Origin: Mobula hypostoma
Taxonomy: Eukaryota
NCBI RefSeq assembly: GCF_963921235.1
Contig: NC_086097.1
Coordinates: forward strand, 68,202,001 to 68,266,000
Length of the DNA: 64,000 nt
Direction: 5' to 3'
Below the pieces are notes generated by a model, which made no database searches, was not told the origin of the DNA, and saw nothing but the letters and a program-made list of their open reading frames with translations. This document shows positions 34,437 through 46,575 of this stretch, piece after piece (position 1 is the first letter of the stretch; the number at the start of each line of letters is the position of its first letter). A program made the position numbers and the translations under genes.

Positions 34437-37400
34437 TGTAGTGGTAGTTAACACTGTAATTCCTATGCCACTCAGTTAGCCATTCCCACATGGGAGAAGT
34501 TCGTATACTGTACAGCAGAGTTGTCTGAGTTGAGTATCCTGCATGCTGTGTGCTCTGCACTCTCCCTCAATAGCAAACACAACATGGTGTCAGAAAAGCT
34601 TGATCATTGATGAATAGGTGCTACAGACCAAGTGAGATCCCTAACAAGAGACAATTTACAGTAAGACTGTTCTTGTTTGCATTTATCTGTGAAAAATATC
34701 CACAACTTATCAACCTAAACTGCTTATGCTAGTTTGCTAACTGTATGCTTGAGCTGAGCAAGGGCCAGTGTGCTAGGCAATGCCTTCAAGCTGCACCCAA
34801 AAGTAACTACATTGCAATAATCTGTGGGCCACTGGCCTGGGGAAGTACACAGAGAAACAGACACAGCAGAGAAGTCAGAGAATTCAGTCAAACACTCAGG
34901 GAGAGAAAAGACGACTTTTATAGTTCAAATAAATAAACTAATAAATGAACAAATAGATAAGATAATAGAACAAGTACCTGCAGTACCTACATCTACTTCA
35001 CAAATAAAGCTCCCCTCAGACATTTGATTTCTCTAAACCAGAGGACTTTGAGAGATGGCTCAGATGGTTTGAGAGATTTAGGGTTGCAAGCAACCTCACT
35101 CAGGTTTCAGAACAGCATCAAGTAAGCACACTGATATACTGCATGGGTGACAAAGCAGATTACATCATGAGTGGATTAGGATGGAGAGATGCTCAGAAAA
35201 ATGAATACAAAACAGTGCAGGACAAATTTAAAGAATACTTCACAGGAAAGCGAAATGTGATATATGAGAGGGCAAAGTTCATCTCTAGGAAACAGGAGCC
35301 AAATGAAAGTGTAAATGACTTCATCACAGCTTTGTATGCCCCGTCAGACACCTTGCATATGGAAATCTGAGAGATGAGACAGGGTTGTTATCAGGCTACT
35401 CGACACCAAATTGTCAAGAAGACTTCAATTGCAGGCAAATCTCACACTAAAAAAAAGCTATTACTATGGTCAGGTAGAGTGAGAATGTTCGTCATCAACA
35501 GGCAGAACTCAGGCACAAAAATAATGCTGAGGTAATGCAAGAAGATGTAAGACAAGGAGGGTACAAACAAGGTGCAGTCAGAAAGAGGTGACACTAGAGC
35601 TCAGCTCAGACAAAAGAGACAAGCGAAATAAAGAGGAGGTAAAATGTCCAGCTGCAGGAGATATGGCAAGTTTTCATTCCACATCAGAGCTCTGTCCAGC
35701 AAAAGAAGCGCAATGTCACCAATGCAACAGAGTTGGCCATTATAAAAGCCATTGTCACTCAAAAACAGTTCTTCAGGAGGCCAAAGAAGACCACGTTTCA
35801 GACAAAGAGAAACCTTTCCTTGGGGCTCTAGATTCAAATAGATAAGGCAGTTGTACTACGGTTCAGTTGCAAAATGAGGCAGTGACATTCAAAGTGGACA
35901 CTGGAGCAGATGACACGGCCATTCTGAAATGTCTGTGTGAAGAAACTGGCAAAGAAAACAGACATTACACTAAACCCAATAAAGAAAGTGCTCGTGGGGC
36001 CAGGGAAACATAAGCTCAGTGTGAAAGGTATGATTACTACTTCAAGAAATCAATTAAATGAGGATGTCTATGTTGTGCAGAATCTCTTCTCAGCACTACT
36101 GGGACAACATGCCATTGAGAAGCTGAACCTCATTGCAAGGCTGGATTCATTAAACAATGTTCAGTGGCAGGAGAAGTGCCCAGAGTTCTTCTTAGGCCTG
36201 GGGATACTGAAGGAAGAGTACCTTATTCAAGAGGACCACAGTGAGGCATATACCAGTCCCATTGATGAACAAAGTCAAAGTTGAACTTGAGAGAATGAAA
36301 ACACTTGACATCATAACTAGAGTGAATGGACCTACCGACTGGTGTGCTAGCATTGCTCCTGTTCCCAAGCCAGATGGCACAGTGAGGATCTGTGTTGATC
36401 TAACAAAATCGAATAATGCAATGAGGTGGGAGAAGTTTATTCTGCCCTCTGTTAAGCATGCTTTGTGTAAGGTGGGTGCACCACACTAGATGCAAACCAG
36501 CTGGGAAAGTTCATTTCAGATTCGGCAGTGAAAACAAAGCCACTACGTGTCAGGATTCAGCCCGTGAAGTCTGTATTCCGGTTCACAGACCGGTCCATCG
36601 ATCTTTATTCCAGGTTTTCTGGTTTTCCCTTGTTCTGTTGGTACCTTAATTGAGGCACATGATTCTCATTTTGGGCTGGCTACATAAACAGCTCCTGGGT
36701 TCAGCATCAGTGGCCGGACTGTTCCCTTCCCTTCCTCTTCCTTCTGTAGCCCTTGGCTAAAGCTTCGCCTGCTACCTTTCGCCTGAAGCCTTGCCTGCGT
36801 CCTCGCCAATTCTTGCCATCAAGTTCTACCGCCGGAGCAAGACTGGAGCCTTGCTGTGTCTAGATAAGGATATGTGTTTTGTTGTTTGGAACTGTCTCTG
36901 TGTCCACGCCTTCGCTAGGTAGGTCCAGCTGGTTGCTGCTACCTTGTGTTGGGAACCGTCTCTGTGTTACGCCTTCGCTAGGTAGGTCTGGCCATTTACC
37001 GCCACCTTGTGTTGGGAACCATCTTGTCGTGTTCAGCATTCTGTGTATGAGTCCTGGCCCTACGTCCTGTTCCCAAGGAGGGGTCCCAGCTCTGTGTTCC
37101 ATGTTCCTGTCTCCCAAGATTACCAAGGCTCTGTGTTCTGCATTCCTGTCTCCCAAGATTACCAAGGCTCTGTGTTCTGCGTTCCCGTCTCCCTCAACCA
37201 AGTCTAGGCTTTGTCATGTCATTGTGCCTCGCCAGCCCAGGTGTACCTTGCCCAGCCCGGTGCTGGAGATTCCTCGTCCTGGGCTGGCGTCCCCACATCC
37301 TGTCCAGGAGTCTCTCATCCCGTCCTGTAGCCACGCCACGTCCCGTAGCCACGCCTTGTCCTCGCCTGGATCCAGGTCCCGAGCCCGAGTCAGGACCTAG

Positions 37401-39600
37401 GTTCTGGGTTCCTGTCCAGTCTCTGGCTCGGTGTCCTAGTCCAGGCTCCTTGTTCCTAGTTTCACGTCCAGGTCCCGTGTCTCTAGTCCAAGTCCTAGCG
37501 CAGGCTCTGAATCTTTGTCTCGTCCAGGGCCTGTGTCATGTCCAGCGTCGTTTCTTCCCCACTTCCCTTGCTTTCTTGACACACCTAGTCCTGTTCCTAG
37601 TGCTTCAGTGTCTGTGTCTTGCATTTGGGTCCACACCAATGCACCCCCCCGCGCCCCCCCCCCGTATAATACTATGTGACTTCCTTTCTCAGAGAAAAGT
37701 GTGGACCTGGGACACACCACAGGAGAAGTCATTCTCATCACTTAAATTAGAGCTCATCTCTCCACCAACATTGTTGTTCTTTGATCCGAACAAAGCAAGG
37801 TCTCAGCAGACACCTCTTCCTTTGGCCTAGGAGGAATGCTTGTACAATACTGCAGTGGTGTATGGAAACAGGTGGCATATGCATCAAGAGCACTGACTTC
37901 TAGAACAGCGTTACACCGAAATTGAAAAGGAGATGCTGACTCTCAGGTGAGCTTGTGAACGCTTCAGCTGCTACATGACAGGTACTAAACTCCTACTTGA
38001 AACAGACCACAAGCCACTTCACAGCCTCCTCAGTTGGATGCCTTACCTCCTTGCTTGCACAGATTCAGAATGAGGCTTACGCAGTACTGTTATGACATTG
38101 AACATGTCTCTGGCAAATCTTTCACATCACTAGACACTCTGTCGAGGATGCCATGCAAAAGTGATTGGTCAGCAGCTGACGCCATTCACACACTACGTGA
38201 AAGCTTTCCTGCATCACAGAGTAAACTGGACGAAATTCGTGCTGAGTTGAAAAAGGACCAAATCTGCAGCAAGGTCATGCAGTACTGTGAACATGGACGG
38301 CCAGCTATTTCAAAAGGAGCTCATGAACTCAGACCTTACTGGTTTGAAAGAGACATGTTCACCATTCTTGATGGTTTGATACTAAAGGACTCATCATCCC
38401 TGCTTCTATGCATGCCAAAATCATCAGTCAAATCCACCAAGGGCATCAAGGCATCAAAAAAATTTCATCGGTGGGCAAGGCAATCCGTGTGGTGGCCTGA
38501 TCTGAGTACACAGCTGGGAGATCATGTAAAGTAATGTGAAGCATGCAGAAAACTATACAAAAATCATGCTCAACCCCTTTGTCCCACAGAATTCCCATAC
38601 TTTTCATGGCAAATTGCAGGCACAGATATTTCTGGGCTGAAAAGAGACAAATATGTTCTCACTGTGGATTACTACTCATGGAATGTTAAGGTGTCCAAGC
38701 TGTCCTCCACATTCTCAGCAGCAGTTATATAGCACCTGAAAGCTGTATTCGCTCGCCATGGAATACCAGGGACACTTGTGTCAGACAACAGTCCACAATT
38801 CAGCTGCTCAGAATTCAAAGCTTTTGCTAGGGACTATGATCCCTAGCAAGCAGTCCACAGTACCCACAGGCAAATGGAGAAGTGGAAAAATAGTAGACAT
38901 AGTCATAGTCATACTTTATTGATCCCGGGGGAAATTGGTTAAAAGCAGAGCAGACTGTTAAGAATCTTCTACTGAAGGCAAAAGGCCCCTATAAGGCACT
39001 GCTAGCTCATCGTTCCATACCTCTTATGAATGGCTACAGTCCACCAGAGCTGTCAATGGGCTGGAGGCAGAACAAGCCTGACCATTCTTCCTTCCATTCT
39101 CCAAGCTCACTTACTAGACTAAGACAAAGTGAGAAATTTTGAGACAACACAGTGTGAGAAAATGAAGAGCATACATGATATCAGACACAGAGTAAAACCA
39201 GTCAACATGATTGTTGTGATCAGAACATCACAAGGTAAAATCAGGCAGAACAGGTGTTAGCTCGTCCACCTTTAAAGTTCACAAAAGGTAGAGGAAGGAA
39301 TAGAGTGGTCTGACCTCTTTGATGAGGACCACTTACCAGAGGCGGATACACATTTCTTGAATTTCCATCTGCTCCAACACTTCCAGGAACCTATACCAGA
39401 TTGTATCATTTATCTATCTAACCAAGGAGATATACTCCATAGTCTAATGGCTTACAGCAAGTGACTAAAGAGGTAAAATAATCCTCTCACTTTGCCAAAG
39501 CGTGCAGGTAGTCTACCTTGACCATCAGATAGTTTTTTTTTTAAGAGTTTTAATGCTGAAAACGTTTTGCAAAACTAAACTGTTCTTAAAAAAGGGAATT
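34437..39600 (+). mobile_element. Ty3/Gypsy LTR retrotransposon, decayed (5' LTR, PBS, gag, protease, partly deleted RT, RNase H, integrase); 3' LTR not recognised
   Basis: LTR TGTAGTG...CACAACA (34437-34584) and PBS TGGTGTCAGAA (34585). gag FDFSKPEDFERW..FERFRVAS..LIYCMG and CHQCNRVGHYKSHC; protease FKVDTGAD; RT PTDWCASIAPVPKPDGTVRICVDLT; RNase H AYASRAL and TDHKPL; integrase ARQSVWWP, VDYYS, FARHGIP..LVSDN, YPQANGEVE. Confidence 0.92.
36548..37671 (+). mobile_element. Solo LTR (~1.1 kb) of a second LTR element inserted in the Gypsy pol; contains internal tandem repeats
   Basis: Starts TGTCAGG. 5-bp TSD CTACG/CTATG (36543-36547, 37672-37676). Removing it restores the host frame KPLR-DFLSQRKVWTWD. 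~63-bp repeats at 36883-37022 and 39-bp repeats at 37088-37200. Confidence 0.8.
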
Positions 39601-40772
39601 GGGGGAAAATAAGGAGGAAAACCAAGAGGGAGAGAGAGAGATCATTAAAAACAAAGAGAAAGACATTTATAATGTTGACAATTTTTTTTATGTTTGTGTA
39701 AGGACAAGTTACATGCCGTTGGCCAGAAAGAACTACAGTCTACAAATCAGTGAATTAGAATGAATCAGGGACAGGGGAAGCAGACAACAATTGTCTTTGT
39801 TCTTGTCATGAGGGAGGAGATGGAGGTTGCCATTTTATGAAGAGACTCTCTTCCCCATTTTGTGAGCTAAAGTCGCTGGGCTTGATCAGTGTTTTAAAGT
39901 AGACACAGTGATGCCTCAGGTAATCTGCTGAACTAGGGATTATTTGCAAATAAAAAGTTATTTGTGAGGTGTTCTTTGGTTGGATATAACAGGTTTGTGA
40001 CTGTTGGGGTCTGTACTTGCCCTGTATGATTCAAGCTGGCTATTGATTGAGAGCAAAGAGCTATAAATTACTGATTGCCACTTGTTGGGAAGAAGGCAAT
40101 AAATGGATGCTGGCTTGGAGCAGGACCATTAAAAGGGCGTTAAAGGCCAGACACATGACCAATAGCCAATGACAATGGAATACAATATTTGAATTGGTAA
40201 GGAATGAATATAAAGCAAAGGTTTTCACACAGAAGACAGTGATGACCCTTCAGCAACCAAAGAACAACCATTGCAGATGAGGAGGATCCCAGGGACTTGT
40301 GAAGATTCAAAATGGGACCAGAAGCAGAAACTCATTTTTAACTGGTATTATATTTTCTGTTCTTTGACTGTTCATGGAAGGTCAGGGAAACTTAGTAGGT
40401 GTGCACACAGGTAGTTGGGTTGTGTAAGTTCACGTGTTCTCCTGTTCAGACAATAAAGGTACTTCTTGGTAATTACAGATTCTCTCTGTGCCTCACTGAT
40501 CATTATTATGAGGGAATTCTGGGAATCATAGTCTTGAACTATAGTATTGGAATCATAGTAACTATCCATCAATGAGGACATTTTCCATATGGTGTCATTT
40601 TAAAGCTAGGATGAATCTGTCTTGTCAAATCACACAACAGCCTATACTTAATCTGAGCAACAATTACTCGCAATAATCTGCTCAATGATATTCAATCTGA
40701 GTTTAGGACAGCACCATCCCATATCTCATTATATTTGTGATTCAATACGCATAGGGTTAAGGATTGCTTGAC

Positions 40773-40808
40773 AGATCAGATCAGATCAGATCAGATTCAG
40801 ATTATATC
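40773..40808. repeat. (GATCA)n pentanucleotide microsatellite next to a reversed LINE tail
   Basis: agatcagatcagatcagatcagattcag followed by aatttattgtcat. Confidence 0.8.
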
Positions 40809-42389
40809 AGTTCAAATGGGATTAATTTATTGTCATATACACCAGGGTGTAATGAAGTTCCTTGCTCATGTGAAATTCACGGAGTAAAAGTGCATATGGT
40901 AATATAGGTAACAAGCTTCATGACACATGCCGGTGATAATAAACCTGTTTCTGATTAAATATAGCAGTAAATCAATAAAGAGCACAAAACAGAATGGAGC
41001 AAAGTATAGTTGTGCAATAAGATGTAAATAGGAGGTAGTGCAAAAATAAATGTACTGTGGTAATAATAAAATAATTGAAATGGGTAGAATTAAGAGTTCG
41101 AAAAACATGGCAGCACCACTGGGAATGGGATGCGAAAGATGTGATTAGTTCAAAAGTCATGGAATATCTATCAGGAATTATGCAGAGACCCAGTCTTCAA
41201 ATAGTTTAATTTACAAGAATAATACAGCTTTGTCTGCAAAGATTGCAGTTTTTTGGTTCACAGTGAGATATCACTTAAGAGGTATATTTCAGAAAGTGAC
41301 AAGGCAATCTCTTGCATTGACACTTTACCGAGGTACTTTATTAAACAATGCAACACATTGATAATTTAAGTGCAATGAAAACAGCCTGTTGGCATGATTT
41401 ATTCTGGTTTTGCAGTAATATCAACTATGCAGGACAAAACAATGGATAGAGATTTATGCTGATTGGCTCTCATTGAAACTCCCATGATGAGATCAGGGAA
41501 TAGGTTAAGTGGCCATCCTGCCACTTAATGCATAGTTAAAGACATACTCCTGCCACTCAAAGCATGGTTAAACGACATTTGTTAAAGAATCACTATCTAG
41601 GCAGCCGCACCTTACAACCCTACTTTTGAGAGTCTGAGATTTTTGACTCAAAAGCCTTTAGACACTTCACAGGTAGTTAAATATTTAAAGATGACATGTC
41701 AGTTGAGATATGTTTCCATTGTGAATATGTAATTCCACATAGCAACTTGTTTAAGTAAACAATATAATCACAACCTTTGAAATTGTATTTCACAATGTTA
41801 TCTTTGTGCTTAAAGAGTATTAAAAAGTATCCTTGTCGTACTTTGAGTTCAGTGGATTCTTTTGAGATTCATTCAACAGAGATTCTTCCATAACGCTTGC
41901 CTGCCATGCTGAATAAAGACTGTTTACATCTACAGCTCCAGACTTCATGTGGATCATTCGAAGTCATAACAGACAGGAGCAGAAATGTAGTCAAGGGGAG
42001 AGAGATTGCCACTGGTATTGAAAAAGCATTTGACTCATATGGTCTAAGAAGTTAATTGATGTCCAGGAATGAACAGGAATACTAAGGAAAAGAATTGATG
42101 TCATTGACCAATCAACTAACAGCCTCAATATATTAGTAAAGAATAGATATCCTTAGAGTGGAGCTCTTGGCTCAGCTATTTCCAGCTACTTTGCAATGAT
42201 CTTTTCCTCATAGTAAGGTTAAAAATGAGCCTGCTTGACAACGCCTGAACAGTATCCATCCAAATTTGCAATTCTTTAGATTATAATCGAGTCTACATTT
42301 ACATCATTGGTTGAGTAGCAAAAATATCTTTTCCACGTGTGTCAGATATTACCTTTTTTTTCCAGTAAGAGAGAGCATATCTACCTTAA

Positions 42390-42575
42390 ACACAAGAGAT
42401 CATGTAGGTGCTGGAGATCCAGAGTGACACATACAAAATGCTGGAGGAACTCGGCAGATCAGGCAGTATCTATGGAAATGAATAAACAGTTGAAATTTCA
42501 GGTTGAGATGTCGACTGTTTATTCCCTTCCATAGATGCTTGCTAAATTGCTGAGTTCCTCCAGCATTTTGTATGC
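42390..42575. mobile_element. Palindromic Penelope-derived short element
   Basis: Arms catacaaaatgctggaggaactc...tctatggaa..gaataaacagt and actgtttattc..ttccataga...gagttcctccagcattttgtatg are reverse complements and match the Penelope 3' end. Confidence 0.8.
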
Positions 42576-43074
42576 ACACATACCTTCCCAAGACATTCAA
42601 GTGCATTGTACCCTGCCCCAAACTTACAGGTCCATTTTTTTCTAATTGGATGAAAGGATTGTTGTTCATAGAGTACCTGGAAAAAGCTGCAAACTAAAAA
42701 GATGGAAATCCAGGGGTACCTATTCTATTGGTGTTTTTGGCTTGTTAAAACAGGTTGGCTCAACGTAATAGGCTACACATTGATGTAGAGTCGTGCTGAT
42801 TAATTTTCAATCTTAAAATCAATACACCTGCTGTTTGCATCAGTCTGCAATGTACACAATGAATCTCAGTAGAACTCATTAACATTGACTGAACCAAACT
42901 TTATGATAATGTTGGCAGTCACTAAATTTTTATTTCAAGCTATGTTGTTAAAAATACATGATGGTAGCACAGAATGAGTATGTTAAGGTGCATATGTTGT
43001 CAAGTTCATTTGAGTTCTTTGAGCCTGAGGAATACTGTACTCTTTGTAAAGATTACTTAGAGATGTACAGTCTC

Positions 43075-43640
43075 AGATCAATACAGCATGGTTATAGGTC
43101 CTTCAGCCCAAACAATCCATACTAACGATACTGCCCACCCAGCTAGTCCCAAGTCCCTGCATTCAGCCCATGTCTCTCTAAGTCATGCTCCTGTATGTAC
43201 CTATCCAAGATCTTCTAAAATGATACTACTCTACCTGTAGCAAACACTCATTACAGGTACTCACTACTCATTGTGGAAAGAAGTTACATCTGAGGTCTCC
43301 TCCAAATCTTCCTCTCACATCCTAAATCTATGCCCTCAAGTTTTGGATTTCCCTACTCTGGGGAAAGGCTGCTACCATTCACTAAATTTATGCCTCTAAT
43401 AATGTTAAACACTTCCTTAAGATTGCTTATCATTCTCCTCTGCTCCAAGGTTTAAAGATCTAGCCTGGCCAACATTTCCCTATAATTCAGGCCCTTTAGT
43501 CCTGGCAACATCCTTATTAAATCTTTTCTGCACTCTCCAGTTTAACCACATCTTTCCTATAACGGGGCAATCAGCTCTTTACACAATACTCCAAGTGCGG
43601 CCTCACCATGACATAAACAATTGTAGCATAACGTCCCAAG
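43075..43640 (-). mobile_element. Old CR1 3' fragment
   Basis: cctggcaacatccttattaaatcttttctgcactctc...cacaatactccaagtgcggcctcacc is the reverse complement of the CR1 LVRPHLEYCV...RMLPG region. Confidence 0.8.
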
Positions 43641-44261
43641 AAAAAAAAAGACTTTTTCTTGGTTTCTGTTATTGATACTGAAAATCTTTTATTTGACTGC
43701 AATAGGAATTATTAAAGCCTCAATAATTCTGTAATTTCATTTTCAGCTATTGTAAGTGGCATTGGGGACTACTAATGTTAGTTCTAATGTGCTTTCCTTT
43801 GTTGTTATGCAGAAGGGGAAATTGGAGTATCAAGAGGTGATGGAGGGAAATGGGATCAAAAATTTAAACTCAAAGAGTGGACTTCTGAGCACTTTTCACT
43901 CAAATAAATTTTCTGACTGGTGTCCAGAAAGGTGGAGTAGGTTCTGCATGGTAAGGTTTCCCTGGAGGGCCTACAAGTGTAACTACAGAATGCAATGAAA
44001 GTCTCTGACGATGTGCCACTGCCTAAAGCTTCAAACTGTATTTAGCTGTCTCTGATAAAGAATTGAAAACCATTTAAGTATACTTAATTAATTTTAAAAT
44101 ATATTTAAATTAAATAAACACATCTTAACACACTAACTAATACTTAAAGACATTACAGTAAAATCAATGAAACATTTAGCTTTTTTCATAGGGTTCACGA
44201 TTCCATTCAAATTAATGGGGTTGCTTTCCATAAACCAAACAGCCCTTGTGCAAATTAAATC

Positions 44262-44578
44262 AAAAAGCTGCAGACACTGGAAACCTAAAATTAAACCAGG
44301 AAATGCTGGAAACACCCAACTGTTTAGGCAGCCTCGGACAATAGAGAAACACAGATAATTTCAAGTTGATGACCCTTCATCAGGAAAGCTCTATGATTGA
44401 TTTTGTTGCCCCAGTCCAATTACATGCTATTCTCAATAGCAAATAATGCAGATTCTTCTCGCCCATACGAACTGATGAATTTTGATGAAGGATCATCGAT
44501 CTAAAATGCTGTTTCTGCCTTTCTTTCTATACATGCTACTGGACCAGCTGAGTGTTTCCAACATCTGTTTTTATTCAT
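44262..44578. mobile_element. Older palindromic Penelope-derived short element
   Basis: Left arm aaatgctggaaacacccaac...gacccttcatcagg and right arm tgatgaaggatc...gctgagtgtttccaacat, separated by a ~100-bp spacer. Confidence 0.65.
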
Positions 44579-46119
44579 TATTAGCCCTGTTATAAAGCTC
44601 AGGGATTGGATATATTTCATACTGAACACTTCTTAACACATCTGTTTTTTCACTAAACCCTGTAATCAGTCCATTAATGGACTGGAAGGTGATTTTGGAC
44701 CTAAATAACCAACAATAGCTGTCAGTCAGAACAACTGGGCTCCTTCATTGTGTGCAATGTACAGCATTTCTTCAGCTAGCACTGCACTAACCAAGAAGGT
44801 TATGACTTTGCTCAAAATTTATGCTGATTAATCATTTGAGACTGCAATACTACCAATCGACATGTAATTATCAAGTGGCTTAAGTATTTCCAGAGAGCCG
44901 GACAGTTCATTCAGCAGCAAAAGAGGGGCATCCACTCCTACAGCACTCTCAAGAATATTGTGAATGCTGTTTGTTTTATCTAGACAATGCCATCAACAAG
45001 GTCTGTTTGGCCTCATTTGCATGAAACATTTCAGACTAGAACAGTGACTAATGCAAGCGCCGTTGTGATTGGATGAAATAGAGTCAGACTCCAAAGAAAA
45101 GGCAAGTTGCAGAGGAGTATCAAAGCCTTAGAGCTTCCAAGTGCTTTCCATACAGTGGAAACTTCTCTGTCAGTCACAGTCACAAACCTGGAAAATCTCT
45201 CCCTGGCAATTCTTACCATGATCTTGATTTTTCTATCTTTATTTTTTTACAATTCTATAAAATATCCTAGCACCTTTAATTTTGGCTCTTATTCATTCTC
45301 AAATTTAAATCCACCACCATTTTTATTATGCTTATACCTTTAGCAGCCACGGCCTTAAGCTCTGAAGTTTTCTTCCCAAATCTCGAAATTACTCTCCCTC
45401 TCTTCCCTCCTTTAGGATGCTCCTAAAAACTCACACCATTTGTTCAAAAAACTTTCTAGGTCTAAATATCTTAATTTTGCTCTATTAAAATATTTTATGT
45501 TACTGTTGTCCAGGGCCAACAATATGGAGTTGTTTGCATAGAGCAGCTGTTACAAATTCAGAAAGCTTTGTTTTGTTAATTCTCAATGTTAATGGAATAT
45601 TTGCAAAAAGTAAATTAAATGACCTTGACCTTCCTCAATTCTGGCTTCTCTCTGGAATGTGGTCCCCATCTGTCAGTTTATTCTTTTGTTTTTCCAGACT
45701 TTTGGATGAACAGGTGTCAGGATGAGAAAGAGCAAGCTGTGAGCAGGCCCTGAAGTTCCCCTGACATCCTTTGACCTCTTGCCAGCTATTGGATAGATAT
45801 TTTTTAAAAATACCAAGTTTGTATGAAATAATTAAGAAAATAAAAGTTGCTAAAGTAATTTACAAAGAAAAATAGGTAAATTAAAATCAAATAAATGAAA
45901 ATGTTAATATGCAGTAAAGCACTGAACCACAGTTCAGTTTTTCCACAAGGTTTGCAACTAAAGAAAAAAAAGCCAGTGACTATGCCGTTAACAGTCTTTT
46001 TCTCAGTAATGCTGATGACCAAATGTAAAATGCAGCTGATACTTCTATCTAGGGACTCACCATTTTGTTACTGGATTCAAAGGTGAATTTAGTGACAAAG
46101 CAAACACTATAGGTACGTT

Positions 46120-46575
46120 CAGTGTCATTGAAATGGTCTTGTACCCTTCCCCAGATTTGTGCCCTATTATCATATTATCATTTCCCTGACTTGTTTTGAA
46201 TGCTCTTTTGACTTCATTTTGGTTTGGTCTTTTGAAAATCTGGACCTTACAGAGAGAGGGGGTATTTATTCAGGTGATTCTTCAACTTTCTACATCAACA
46301 AATTGGGTGAGTTAGTAAGGTAATATACAGTATTGCAACTGACGAAAATTAGAGTGGTAATTACAAAGGGGATGAATACTTTTTCAGCCTCACAATTTTG
46401 GCTTTGAATCTTTGGTAAGTTGTTGACAGGTTTGGAATTTTTCTTTTGATTTGACAAGATGCACTATGTTTTGTAAATTAGCTCAAGACCTTACTTCAAT
46501 ATATTTTAAATTTAGAAAGTGAGACAGTAAAATATGAAAATAGTTGTGGGGGCTGAATACTTTTTCAAAGCGCTG
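46120..46575. mobile_element. Tc1/mariner remnant with one terminus
   Basis: Ends gggggctgaatactttttcaaagcgctg followed by TA. This is the reverse complement of a CAGTG..TGAAAAAGTATTCAGCCCC Tc1-type TIR, and an inner direct repeat tgaatactttttca lies at ~46373. Confidence 0.7.

Noticed and set aside
36883..37200. Short repeats resembling a CRISPR-like array
   Set aside because: Head-to-tail tandem units with no unique spacers, in a vertebrate LTR, with no cas genes.
36860..37830. Long ORFs of 113-204 aa with repeated peptides
   Set aside because: They are translations of the GC-rich, internally repeated solo LTR and show no protein motif.
39700..41970. Possible additional solo LTRs (AATAAA then ...CATAACA at ~41970) or the missing Gypsy 3' LTR
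   Set aside because: No similarity to the 5' LTR at 34437, and I could not define 5' ends or TSDs.
44040..44075. Candidate next NPAS exon (LSET match on the minus strand)
   Set aside because: The surrounding translation does not match YISETVSIYLGLSQ and there are no fitting splice sites.
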